A stretch of 62,152 nucleotides of DNA, filler included, from Chiloscyllium plagiosum (taxonomy: Eukaryota), in assembly GCF_004010195.1 (NCBI RefSeq). It is 4 parts of one record of this genome, joined end to end, with 100 filler letters (N's around TTAATTAATTAA, not from the genome) between each part and the next. Parts side by side here need not be neighbours in the genome. Positions count along the whole stretch, not along the records: positions 46,566 to 57,956 come from NC_057710.1; positions 58,057 to 62,152 come from NC_057710.1; 2 more parts are not named here. One strand, given 5' to 3'. The notes below the pieces were generated by a model, which worked only from the letters and a program-made list of their open reading frames with translations, had not been told where the DNA came from and did not search any database. A program made the position numbers and the translations under genes. This document shows, one piece after another, positions 50,578-62,152 of the stretch; positions within the stretch are counted from its first letter, which is position 1, and the number at the start of each line of letters is the position of its first letter.

Positions 50578-51140
50578 TGCATGTGCAGAAAGCTGGATTG
50601 ACTGGTTGCATAATCAACTTTTGTGCTGTAATCATTTTGTGGAAAGTGTGGCTTGTGGAAGTATTCACTTGTGGTTTTGCTTTGTAATTTCTTCATTGTA
50701 TTTTGTTGGAATATCCATGTCTATGGTGTTGATGGTAAAAATGTTTCCTTCCGTAATAGCAACCGTTGTGAAAGACTTGGAAAGTAGTGATTATGTCAGT
50801 GTTTAAAGCACAGCTTACGAAAAGCACTCCTTTTCCTCCTCTCCATTATGATAGATCTTCTTTTGAAGTGGTTGCAATTAGCATTGCTTTGCATGTGTTC
50901 AGATTTGAATGTTTAATGTTTAGGGTCATCTTTCTTTCTCTGCACAGCACATCCTTCTCTCTGTACAGTGCTCAATTTTGTTTGTGGAGCACAATGATTC
51001 AACAGCCCGGTAAAGTTGCCAAAAGGAGTTATCTTAAAATTTAAAAATGCATTTTTTGTATTTTTGTGCTTTCTTTTACTTTTTGCTCACCCATTTTTAA
51101 CTTTTCTTCCATTAATTTTATTTTGTTTGGATTATTATAG

Positions 51141-51631
51141 GTGTTCATCCTGGACCTTTGTATGGGAAACTAAAAAATGGACAAACCATCACTCTAGACA
51201 ATGGAGTTACAGTTTTTCCAATGGATGTACTGGAAGCTCCTCTTCCAGGTCGAAAAATATGTATTTTGGGGGATTGTTCACGTGTTGTGGGTGACATGAG
51301 TAAGAACCTTTGCATTGATGCTGACGTGCTGGTACATGAGGCCACACTAGATGACAGTCAGTCAGACAAAGCTGAAGAGCATGGACACTGCACTCCAAAG
51401 ACTGCTGCAGAGTTTGCAAAATCCTGTAAAGTTAAACGGCTGGTTCTTACTCATTTCAGTCAAAGGTACAAGCCTACAGCCCTTACTAATGCTGGTGATG
51501 ATGATGTAATGGAACTAAAGACACAGGCTAAGCTGGTTTTGGAAGGACAGGAAGTGACACTGGCTGAAGACTTTATGGTTATTGAAATCCCTCTGAACAA
51601 GACTAAACAGGAAATAAGCTCTGCACATTAA
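51141..51631 (+). CDS. ELAC1: ELAC1 last coding exon
   Basis: Long pyrimidine tract and TAG acceptor ending at 51140. (G)VHPGPLYGKLKNG (GP exosite motif), then ILGDC, HEAT, LTHFSQRY and AEDFM. TAA at 51629-51631. The frame joins the previous exon. Confidence 0.95.
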
Positions 51632-52696
51632 CAGTATTTCAGAAGGGGACATTCGTCTAGATCAAGAAATAACATGTTAAATTTTACAGCAAGGACTAAA
51701 TTGCAAATGTAGGTTTTATAAATTTACATTGGAAGCATAATTTATCACTGGAGTAATCATCAGTTTTAAATCTGTATCTTTAATTAAGTTGACTGTAGTT
51801 CAGATGAAAGCAATAATGCTGTCATTTTTTTTCTTGGTATCCATGGTTTGAATGTTGTATGCTTAGAATCGGCATGTAGTACTTACTCCTGACTTTCAAT
51901 GTGCACTGCCTTGTTTAAGGTTAGCTCATTCTGTGTATGAAATTTGGGGTAACTGATTTATTGATTTGTTTTTTTTTCAAACAAGCGCCCTGTATGATGA
52001 GATGAATTCAAGCAATTGCTATGGAAGTAAAAGGGTAAGGGTTGGAATTTTGAGCACACTTGTTGGCTGCACAGTGAAATGTATTTCACACTTTTCACTT
52101 TGGAAAGATCTAGCCACAGAAGACAAGTAATTTGAAATTTAACAATTGAACATAATTGTTTTTTCTATTATTCTTGAGTGGATGTCTATGAAACCTATCA
52201 CAGTTCTCAAAGTTTATCCAGTGAATTGTTGAAACATGCAAAAGTAGGACAGAACATCTGATGTTCTGTCCTGCTTTTATCCTGAATTGTATGTCCGTAA
52301 CGGGATAATGTTGGGATGTTTTCAATAGATCAGTTTTTGCAGAGGGAACCTTGTGTGTTATTCCTGTCTAACCAACAACCAGTAACCCAGTAGTAGGTCC
52401 CAACTGTGAATACTAGGTGAGTGCAGAGTTGTTCAATATTAATTGCCAAACAGTTTCTGTTACTCCATTCTCTTGGAAGAAGTTCTCAAAAAAGAAAATC
52501 TTCGATCAATAACATTCAAATACCAGCTTGTGTAATGTGAGCAAACTGAACAATAGTAATTTCTTGAAGCCTAGACTGTATTCCAGATGCAGTACTGGTC
52601 TTCTGATAGCTTGCTTAAATGACTATTCTTAATCTAAATGTGGAAAATGAATCTTATCCCCTGACGCTTATAACTATACCCGGTACTATCTTTATT

Positions 52697-52702
52697 AATA
52701 AA
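52697..52702 (+). promoter_or_regulatory. Candidate ELAC1 polyadenylation signal
   Basis: AATAAA about 1.07 kb after the stop codon, at the end of a repeat-poor AT-rich stretch. A second AATAAA lies at 52990-52995. Confidence 0.35.
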
Positions 52703-53483
52703 GTTATTCATATATCCTAGAAAAAGTAGCTTTTGCTGAATGTATTATGTAATGTCATGGATAATGCCAAACCAAGCTTGCACAGTGGAGTATGACCAGC
52801 AACACTGAAATTGGTGAAGAGGTTGAGTAGGGCGAGCAGATAACTCGGGACAAAATCACAAATTGCTGTGGAGGGAAAGTAGAGTTAACGTTTTGGGTCC
52901 AGATAATTTGGTGTGCAGGTTCAGTTCATCCTGCTGGTTGAAGAATGGGTGTTGTCTATTCTGACTTGGCCTCAGGATTGCTAATAATGAATAAATTTAG
53001 CTTGTGTGGAATGTTTCATTTTGTTCCATTCAGTCCTCCCAATACATAAATCCAAAGTGTAATTTCAATTTTGTATTGATGTCATAATTTGAACAGTTAC
53101 TACACCACTGAGATGGTGGTTGATTGAGCCAATAGCATCTCTGAGCTGCCATTTCAATTTTACATTAATGAGCTGTATGTGAACCTTTGGAATGTATCTA
53201 CATTTCAATTTGTATAGAGTTCAAATATGTTACTTTGTAAGTTTTAAAACTCCATGTCTTCATAAAGAATTGCTGCTGTCGCCTTACCAACCTTTTCAAA
53301 TCATTTGATGTTGAATGAGAGGGAACATTAAATCCAGTTTTATGTTCACGTAACACCACCAACTATACTTCCAAGCCTTTGACATGTGTCTCACCTCCCT
53401 GGCCACAATTGAAAATATAGAGGATTATTGGCATGAACCTCTGTGGTATTGCTCCTTTGTGTTGTGATATCATGCTCCCCTTT

Positions 53484-53773
53484 GGCGGCACGGTGGCACA
53501 GTGGTTAGCACTGTTGCCTCACAGCGTCAGACACCCGGGTTCAATTCCCACCGTGTCTGCGTGGGTTTCCTCCGGGTGCTCCGGTTTCCTCCCACAGTCC
53601 AAAAAATGTGCAGGTTAGGCAAATTGGCCATGCTAAATTGCCTGTAGTGTTAGGTGTAGGGGTAATGGGTCTGGGTGGGTTACGCTTCGGCGGGTCGGTG
53701 TGGGCTTGTTGGGCCGAAGGGCCTGTTTCCACACTAAGTAATCTAATCTAATGTAAGTAATCTAATCTAATCT
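53484..53773 (+). mobile_element. HE1-type SINE (small internal deletion, duplicated tail)
   Basis: GGCGGCACGGTGGCACAGTGGTTAGCAC..GGGTTCAATTCCC..GGGCCGAAGGGCCTGTTTCCACAC..(TAATC)n. Confidence 0.9.
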
Positions 53774-53992
53774 TTCTGACTTCCTCTTTAAGAATAATGT
53801 TGTTCACATGTTATTTCTTACTCTTTCTGCATTGCCATCCATCGGCAGTGAAAAATGCGTTACTTTGTCTTTGTTTTATGTACTTTTCTACAAAATAGCT
53901 TTTATGTCCACAATGACATTGCTTCTTTCACCTTGTGTATTACTACTAAACAGTATGATGCCCTCACTTTGAATATGGAAACAGTAATAGCA

Positions 53993-56250
53993 ACATAGGA
54001 ACAGGAGTAGGCCATTCAGCCTCTCGAGCCTGTTCCACCATTCAGTGAGATTACAGCTGCTGTTTGACCTAATTCCATATGTACCAAAAGCACGTATATC
54101 CCTTTATACCTTAATAAAAATTTTATCGATTTCAGGTTAAACATTAACAATTGATCCAGCGTTCAGTGCTATTTGTAGAACAGAGTTCCAAATATCTAGC
54201 GCCCTTTGTGTGTAGAAGTGCTTCCTTTCATCTTTCCTGAATGGTCCTTCCCTAATTCTCGGACTATGCCTCCTAGTTCTTGAGTCCCCACCAAGTGGAA
54301 ATAGTTTATCTTTATCTACCCTGTCTTTTCCTGGTAATATCTTGAAGATTTCGATCAGATCACCCCTTAACCTTCTAAATTGTAAAGAAAATATTTGTAT
54401 AATCTTATCATACCTTAATACCTGAAGTCCAGGCATCATTCTTGTAAACCACCGATGTACTCCCTCTGACCAATGTATTTTTCCTAAGGTATAGTTGCCA
54501 GATTTGTTTGTGGTACTTCAAATGGGGTCTAACCAAAGTTTTATATAACTGCAACATCTGCACCCTTGTACTCGTTCTCTCATTATAAAGGCAAGCATTC
54601 CATGAGCTGCTTGGTTATTTTCTGCAAATGTTCATGACATTTTACAGGTCTATGCACTTGAACCCCCAAGTGTCTTTGGACATCCACTGTGTTTAACTCC
54701 ATGCCATCTATAAATATCCTGATTTATCCCTTTTCCAAAATAGATAACCTTACTGCTAAAGTTTGGGCCATTCACTTAGTCTGGTAATATCCCTTTATGA
54801 TTTTATGCAATCACCTACACTGTCTGCAATGTTGCCTAACTTTTGTTTCTTCAGCAAATTTGGATATTATCTTAGTCATTAATAAATGAAGTGAATAATT
54901 AAGGCCACAACACACATCCTTGAGAGACATCGCTGGTCACATCCTGCCAAATTGAGTGCCTACTTATTATCCATACCTTCCGATGCCTGCCATCAAACAA
55001 TTTGACAGCCATGTCAGTAATTTGCCCTCAATTCCATAGTCTTTTACTTTAGTTAATAGTCTCTTATGTGGGACTTCATCAAATGCCTTCTGGGAGTCCA
55101 TATAAACATTTTGCACAGGAATTAGGAGCAGGAATATGCAATTCAGCTCTTTGAGCCAACTCTGTCATTTAACAAGATCATGGCTGATCTTATCCTGGTC
55201 ACAATTCCCCTTTCTTCCTTGTTCCCCGTGGCCCTTTATCCCACTTTTCATCAGAAACTTATTTGTTTCCTTCTTGAATCTATTGATTCAGTTTCCACTG
55301 CACTCTAGTGCAGTGAGTTCTACAGATTCACAACCCTCTGACAGAAGTAGTTTTTCCTCAGCTCAGCTTTGAATGTACCTCCTCTCACTCTGTGACGTCT
55401 TGTTCTAGACTGACCTGCAAGGGAGAACATCTGCTCAATGTCCTCCTTAACAATCCCCTTTAGCATTTTATGTACCTGAAAATTCTCCCATCCATCACCT
55501 TAGTCACATCTTCAAAAAAAAATTAAAGGAGGTTTGTCAGGCATGGCCTACCCGTCATGAATCCATGCTGAGTCTCCCTGATTTAATTGAAAATTCTCAA
55601 GGAGTTCAGTTACCTCAACCTTGAATTTAGACTCAAACAATTTCCCTGCCACAGATGTTAGGCTAACTGGTCTGTAATTCCCTGGTTTTCCTCTTTCGCC
55701 CTTCTTGAAAGCCAAGTAACCTGAAATTTTCCAATCCAGAGGGATGACTCCTGTATATAGGGAACTCTGAAGGATTATAATTAGGACGTCTACAATGTGC
55801 TTCCCTACTTGCTTCACCACCCTTAGATGGAAATCTTCAGGTCCTGGGCAAATGGCATGTTTTAATTCCATTAATTTTTTATTAATATTTTATTTAATTT
55901 TGTTCAGTCCCAGTTCCCAATGCACTAATTTCCTCAGGACTTCGGGAAAGCAATTCTTTTCTACAGTAAATATTGGGGCAAAGTAATTATTCATGTCTAC
56001 CATTTCCCGTAGTCATTGACAGCATGCCCACTTTCAGGCTTTAGCGGGCCACCGTTGCTCTTTTCCTTTATTTAATTACAAAATTTCTTATTGATTTTGA
56101 TATTCTTGGCAAGCGTCCTTTTATAATCCCTTTTGATAGCTCTTATAAACTGATTGTGATCATTTGATCCTTGTTTGTTTGCTGTTTAGCAGATTCTGAG
56201 AGTTTTTTTTGCGTTTTTGTAAGTTCTGTTAGTTTTATGCTGTCCATTGT
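53993..56250 (-). mobile_element. Old CR1 ORF2 with a nested CR1 tail at ~55115-55470
   Basis: ORFs 54137-54439 (RRLRGDLIEIFK) and 55548-55871 (PGNYRPVSLTSV). Confidence 0.85.
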
Positions 56251-56639
56251 ATCTTTTAGTTGTCAGGTCTGGGCAGTGAGGAAATTTGCTGAAAGTTAGA
56301 AGTCTCTGGATAGGCTCAGATCTTTGAGGCACATTTACTATTTTTAAGGTTTAGGGTAGTCCATTCTTTTTTTACAGATTCATTATATAGAGTAGTGGTA
56401 CCACTTCTGTAAGTATTAAAACTTCAGTTTCATGCATTTCCAAAGGGAAAATTGATTCAACTTTGCCAGATATACTTGCTTTCCTTTCTCTCTTTGCTTT
56501 CCCTGTTTTTTTTCTGGCTAAAGAAATATACGTAACGTTTTTCCAAAGGTACCTTTCAGATTTAGTGCTACTTTTAGTATTGTGAGGTTTCTAATCTGGG
56601 TTACTCTGGCATTATAATGATAAGCACCCTGAAAAATGA

Positions 56640-57600
56640 GCTGCAGGAGCAGAAATTGGTCATTCAACCCATCGAGTCTGATCCATCATTTAAGGGATAT
56701 GATTGCCCAGCACTCCACTTTCCTGCTTTTACCCATAACCTTGATTCCCTTACAGATTAAAAATCTATCTCTGCCTTGACAGCCCTCTGCAGTAAAGAAC
56801 TGCATGCATTCGCTATGTCCATGAGAGAAGAAATTCTTTTGCATCTGTGCCTTAGATATAGCCCCTTATTCTGAGATTGTGCGTTCAGGTCCTAGACACT
56901 CCAGAAGGAGAAATAATCTTTCTACATCCACCCTGTCAAGTCCACCAATAATCATGTATGCTTGAATAACGTTGGCTCTCGTGTTTCAAAATGCCAATGC
57001 ATATGGGCCCAGCACACCCAATCTCCTCATAAGACAGTCCCTTCATTCCTGGGAACAGCCTAGTGAACTCTTTCTGGACTGCCTCCAATGCCTGTAAACC
57101 TCCCCTTAGACAAGGGGCCCCAAAAGAAGAGGGAGGCAATGGCCTAGTGATATTATCACTAGAGTATAAATCCAGAGATCCAGGTAATGTCCAAGGCATA
57201 TGGTGGGAATTTGAATTCAGTTAAAGTCTAAATAAGAGTCTAATAATGACTGAAACTATTGTCAATTGTTGGAAAAACTTATTTGATTCACCAGTCCTTT
57301 GGGGAATGTAATCTGCTATCTTTATCCTCTCAGCAAACTCTCAACTACCCTCCGGGCAATAAATACTAGCCTGACCATTGATGTCCCCATCCTATGAATG
57401 ACTTTTTAAAAAAAAAGTCCACAGTGTTCCAACTGTGTTTTGACTAGTGCTTTGTGTAATTTTAGCAAAACCTCCCTCTCTATTTCCTTTTAAACTAAAC
57501 ACCAGTACTCCATTTGTCTTCCCTATTACCCACTGAACTTAGAATCTAGCTTTTTGTGAATCATGGATGAGGACTACAAAATCATTCTTTTCTGTCACAT
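56640..57600 (-). mobile_element. Old CR1 3' fragment interrupted by another LINE tail at ~57125-57415
   Basis: ALEAVQKEFTRLFPGMKGLSYEE in ORF 56936-57199. Confidence 0.7.
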
Positions 57601-57956
57601 TTCACAATCTTCCAGCATCAAAATGTTCTACATCTCAAAACATATCTTTTGAAACAAAAGATGCAACTTTTGAAGTAACGAATGATCATTGTCCATTTAA
57701 ATTACATACTTGTAATATTAGATTCATTTTACCAGCGCAGCGAGGAAAGGAGGAATGGTGAAGCGAGGGCTGCCAGGAAGGGTGAGTTTTCCCGCATTAA
57801 AAGATGCGAGGGAGGAGCGAAGGACTTCTGGGAAGTCATATATTTGTGTGGTTGCGTTACCCGAAACACTACTCGGATAGTGTCTCCCACCCATCCTCCT
57901 CCTCTAACCAAAAAAAAAGGTTTCTGGTGCCAGGATTGGGGAGGTAATGAGTTTTT

Positions 57957-58056
57957 NNNNNNNNNNNNNNNNNNNNNNNNNNNNNNNNNNNNNNNNNNNN
58001 TTAATTAATTAANNNNNNNNNNNNNNNNNNNNNNNNNNNNNNNNNNNNNNNNNNNN
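57957..58056. other. Artificial assembly/concatenation spacer
   Basis: 44 N + TTAATTAATTAA + 44 N. Confidence 0.97.
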
Positions 58057-59560
58057 AGAAAACTCCCAACAGGGTGACCTCTCCTTTCCTGTTTCTAACC
58101 TCAGCCCAAACTACAGCAGTGAATGAGTCCTCAAACATTATCTCAGCTGCTGTATTACTACCGTTGATTAACAATACCACACCCCCGCCTCTTTTACCAT
58201 CTTGTCTGTTCTTGCTGAAACATCGAAATCCTGGAATCTGCAACAACCATTCCTGTCCCTCCTCTAGCCATGTCTTTGAAATGGCCACAACATTGAAATC
58301 CTAGGTACCAACCCATGTTGCAAGTTAACTCACTTTATTCTGGATGCTCCTAGCATTCAAGTACATACATTTCAAACCAACATCCTGATTGGCGGAATAA
58401 GGTAATTGTACTGGCCTCCACCATTTCCTTTGGCAGCCCATTCCACACACACACCGCTGTGTGTGTGAAACAGTTACCCCATAGGTCTCTTTTAAAGCTT
58501 TCCTCTCTGACCTTAAACCTATGCTCTCTAGTTCTGGACTTTCTCCACCCCAGGGAAGAGACTGGGGTGGGTTTCTGCCTCAGCCATTGGCCCATCTGAT
58601 CAAAATCCTGTTGTAATCCAAGGTAACCTTCGCTGTCCACTACACCTCAAAATCAATTGAGTCCCATCTGCCAGCATTTGGCCCTATCCCTCTAAACCTT
58701 CCCTATTAGTGTACCCATTTCAGTTGCCTTTTCATGTTGTAATTGTACCAGTCTCTACCACTTCCTCTGGCAGTTCATTCCAAACAGTGTATGAGAGAAA
58801 AAGTTGCCCCTTAAGTCCCTTTTAAATCTTTCCGCTCTCACCTTAAACATATGCCCTGCTATCCCAGGAAAAAAGACCTTGGCTATTCACCCTTTCAAGT
58901 TTCGCAACATCCTTCCTATCAGAGGGAGACTAGAATTGAATGCAGTATTCCACAAGTGGCCTAACCAACGTCTTGTACAGCCACAACATGACCTCCCAGC
59001 TCTATACTCATTGCACTGACCAATAAAGGCAAGCATACCCAAACACCACCTTCACTATTCTGGCTACTTGTGACTCTACTTTCAAGGAACTATGATGTGC
59101 ACTCCAAGGTTTTTTTTTTCAGTATCACTCTCCAGGATCTTTAAGTATAATACATCACAATTTTTAAATCCCCTTCTCTATTCGCCTGAAAACTTGAAAT
59201 CCGGTAATAATGAGCTGTCTTCTTGCCTCCCCTTTGGTGTAGCTATGCTATCAAGTTATGCGTTGACCTATGCCCTCAGTTTTTGTATACTCCTTGCATC
59301 GCAAATGTGCATTTTGATACTGCCAAATTCCTGCACTTTATAGCCTTTCACTCCCGAAAAGCAGAAGCAGCAGAGATATTCGCTGAATTTCTGCATCCTA
59401 TTCCATGCTCTGAACTTGCCCTTAGGTTCCCACCTCCCTGCCAATCTTGCTTAAATCCTCAACCGTTCTAACGAATCTCTCTGCAAAGATATTTATCTTG
59501 GCCCTGTCATATATAGACCATCTGGTCATATAGGTTCCAGTTTCCCTAGAACCAGTCCCA
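58057..59560 (-). mobile_element. Patchwork of CR1 fragments (EN, RT, tail)
   Basis: ORF 58001-58288 (KTWL..IPGFRCF..GGGV) and ORF 58350-58640. Confidence 0.8.
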
Positions 59561-60189
59561 GTGCCCCAGAAATTACCACCCTTCTAAAGTAGGTTTCTAG
59601 CAATCACTCCATTCTCCTCTTTTGATACTCACTGGCATGGAAAGACACAATCTCAAAATTTCTTTCACTCTCCTATCAAACCCACTGAAATCTACTTTCT
59701 GACCTTGTCCCCACAATCTTCTTTTAAAGTCATTCAAGGAATGTGGGCATTACTGACTAGACCAGCATTTGTTGCACATTCTTAATTGCCCAGAGTGTAC
59801 TTAAGAGTTGACCACATTTCTGCAGGTCTGGAGTCACATGTAGGGCAAAGCTGAAAAAATGATGCAATTTTCCTTTTCTTTAGTGAGCTACATGGATTTT
59901 TCCAAAAATCGATAATGGTTTAATGATCATTACTGGGCTCTTATTTCCAGATTATTATTGAATTCAAATCCTATCAGCTGCCATGGCAGGATTTGAACCC
60001 GAGTCACAAGAACATTGCTTGGATCTCTGGTTTAACAGTATAGCGATAATACCAGTAGTCATTTAAGAAAGAGTTGGATAGAGCTCTCAAGGATAGTGGA
60101 ATCAAGGGGTATGGAGATAAGGCAGGAACAGGATACTGATTAAGGATGATCAGCCATGATCATATTGAATGGTGGTGCAGGCTCGAAGG

Positions 60190-60459
60190 GCAGAATGGCC
60201 TACTCCTGCACCTATTGTCTACTCTTGTCCCACTCTAATTTGCCGATCAGACCAACAGATCCACATCAGATGCCATATCACTTGCCCTTCACTCTTCTCT
60301 AGAAAAACACCAAGAACAGCTACAGCAGAATGGCCTACTCCTGCACCTATTGTCTACTCTTGTCCCACTCTAATTTGCCGATCAGACCAACAGATCCACA
60401 TCAGATGCCATATCACTTGCCCTTCACTCTTCTCTAGAAAAACACCAAGAACAGCTACA
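60190..60459. repeat. Exact 135-bp tandem duplication (60190-60324 and 60325-60459)
   Basis: Identical copies, also visible as a repeated peptide in ORF 60169-60462. Confidence 0.95.
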
Positions 60460-61341
60460 TAAGAACCCCACTCATTTACTACAGTTCGGCCTTCAACAGT
60501 ATTATCCCCTCGAGACTGATTGATTACTAAACTTAGTGATCTTAGACTAAGTCCCATTCTCTGCAACTGGCAATGAAACAGACGGAAGGTGGAAGACTTG
60601 GAAAAATGGTGCAGTGAGAATAACCTAGCTCTCAATGCTGGGAAAACCAAGGAACTCATTGACTTTCGGCAGGATGTTATTCATGACCCATTACACATTA
60701 ACAGCACAGAGGTGGAACGAGTGGAGAGTGTCATGCTCCTGAGAGTGGTCATGCACAACAAGCTTTCTTGGACTCTTCATGTGGACACACTGGTTACAAA
60801 GGCCCAACAATGTCTCTTCTTCCTCAGGCAGCTGAGAAAATTTGGCATGATGGTGAATACCCTTGCCAACCTTTATAGATGTGCTGTTGAGAGCATTCTG
60901 TCTGGATGTATCACTACCTGGTATGGCAACTGTACCATTCCAGATCAGAGATGGTTAGGGAGAGTGGTGAACTCGGCCTGGAAAATCACAAAGGCCAACC
61001 TCCCATCTATAGAATCCATCTACCAGGCCTGCTGTGAAGGAAAGGCCACCAGCATTCTCAAAGATCCATCCCACCCTGGCAATGTTTTTCTACAACCTCT
61101 ACCATTGGGGAGAAGGTACAGAAGCCTGATCATGAGCACCAGCCAGTTTCAAAACAGTTTGTACCCTACTGTTAGAATACTGAATGGATTTACAAACTCT
61201 TAACATTCTGTGTTTTTGTTTTTGCCGCTGTTACCTGCTATTTACTTATCTAAACTCCTTAACTGTGTGATATGACTGTATTGCTCGCAAAACAAAGCTT
61301 TTCCCTGTGCCTCAGTACTCGTGACATTCAATTCAATTCAA
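60213..61341 (+). mobile_element. Rex1/Babar-type LINE, internally deleted RT plus C-terminal domain and 3' tail
   Basis: ORF 60589-61203: WCSENNLALNAGKTKELIDFR..KAQQCLFFLRQLRKFG..ESILSGCITTWYGN..GRRYRS. Tail (AATTC)n. Confidence 0.85.
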
Positions 61342-61396
61342 AGATTACTTATGCAGTGTTTATTTTAATATAAGGCATTAGTATAGCATTTATTAT

Positions 61397-62152
61397 CTGG
61401 ACCAGATGGGTCAATGGGCTGAGAAGTGGCAGATGGAGTTTAATTCAGGTAAATACGAGGTGCTGCATTTTGGGAAAGCAAATCTGAGCAAGACTTATAC
61501 ACTTAATGGTAAGGTCCTAGGGAGTGTTGCTGAACAAAGAGACCTTGGAGCGCAGGTTCATAGTCCCTGAAAGTAGAGTCGCAGGTAGATAGGATAGTGA
61601 AGAAGGCGTTTGGTATGCTTTCCTTTATTGGTCAGAGTATTGAGTACAGGAGTTGGGAGGTCATGTTGCAGCTGTACAGGATATTGATTAGGCCACTGTT
61701 GGAATATTGCATGCAATTTGGGTCTCCTTCCTATCAGAAAGGTGTTGTGAAACTTGAAAGGACTCAGAACAGATTTACAAGGATGTTGCCAGGGTTGGAG
61801 GATCTAAGCTATAGGGAGAGGCTGAACAAGCTGGGGCTGTTTTCCCTGGATCGTCGGAGACTGAGGGGTGACCTTTATAGAGGTTTATAAAATTATGAGG
61901 GGCATGGATAGGATAAATAGACCAAGTCTTTTCCCTGGGGTCGGGAGTCCGGAAGTAGAGGGCATAGGTTTAGGGTGAGAGGGGAAAGATATAAAAGAAA
62001 CCTAAGGGGCAACGTTTTCACGCAGAGGATGGTATGTGTATGGAATGAGCTGCCAGAGGATGTGGTGGAGGCTGACACAATTGCAACATTTAAGAGGCAT
62101 TTGGATGGGTATATGAATAGGAAGGGTTTGGAGGGATATGGGCCAGGTGCTG
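61397..62152 (+). mobile_element. CR1 RT C-terminal fragment (family of 9151), runs off the window
   Basis: ORF 61597-61890. Near-identical to the reverse complement of ~9240-9995. Confidence 0.92.

Noticed and set aside
60589..61203. Longest ORF (204 aa) as a possible host gene
   Set aside because: It is the C-terminal part of a Rex1/Babar-type RT ORF with the catalytic core deleted and a LINE-type tail.
1..62152. CRISPR arrays, rRNA or prokaryotic operons
   Set aside because: None seen. The DNA is eukaryotic, and its repeats lack constant repeat-spacer periodicity.

Overview
Repeat-dense vertebrate genomic DNA, almost certainly from a cartilaginous fish (shark), inferred from HE1-type V-SINEs and abundant CR1/HER1-type LINEs. 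It is four sequence blocks joined by artificial 100-bp N/TTAATTAATTAA/N spacers. The only host gene I recognise is ELAC1 (short-form RNase Z): its last two coding exons are at 47532-48002 and 51141-51631 (+), and I could not find its first coding exon. Most of the rest is nested, decayed retroelements: CR1 LINEs (two near full length), Rex1/Babar LINEs, HE1 SINEs, several Ty3/Gypsy remnants (one Gmr1-like with a SCAN-like Gag and integrase directly after protease), a Tigger-like MITE and many Penelope-like (PLE) fragments. The most notable signals are: (1) a frameshifted ~700-bp segment at ~31.7-32.4 kb that resembles a bornavirus-type nucleoprotein, i.e. a candidate endogenous viral element; (2) several families of short PLE-derived elements carrying minimal hammerhead-ribozyme motifs, some fold-back and flanked by 12-15-bp TSDs; (3) a ~135-bp inverted duplication inside the last ELAC1 intron. 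All family calls come from motif recognition by eye, with no database search, and most repeat boundaries are approximate.
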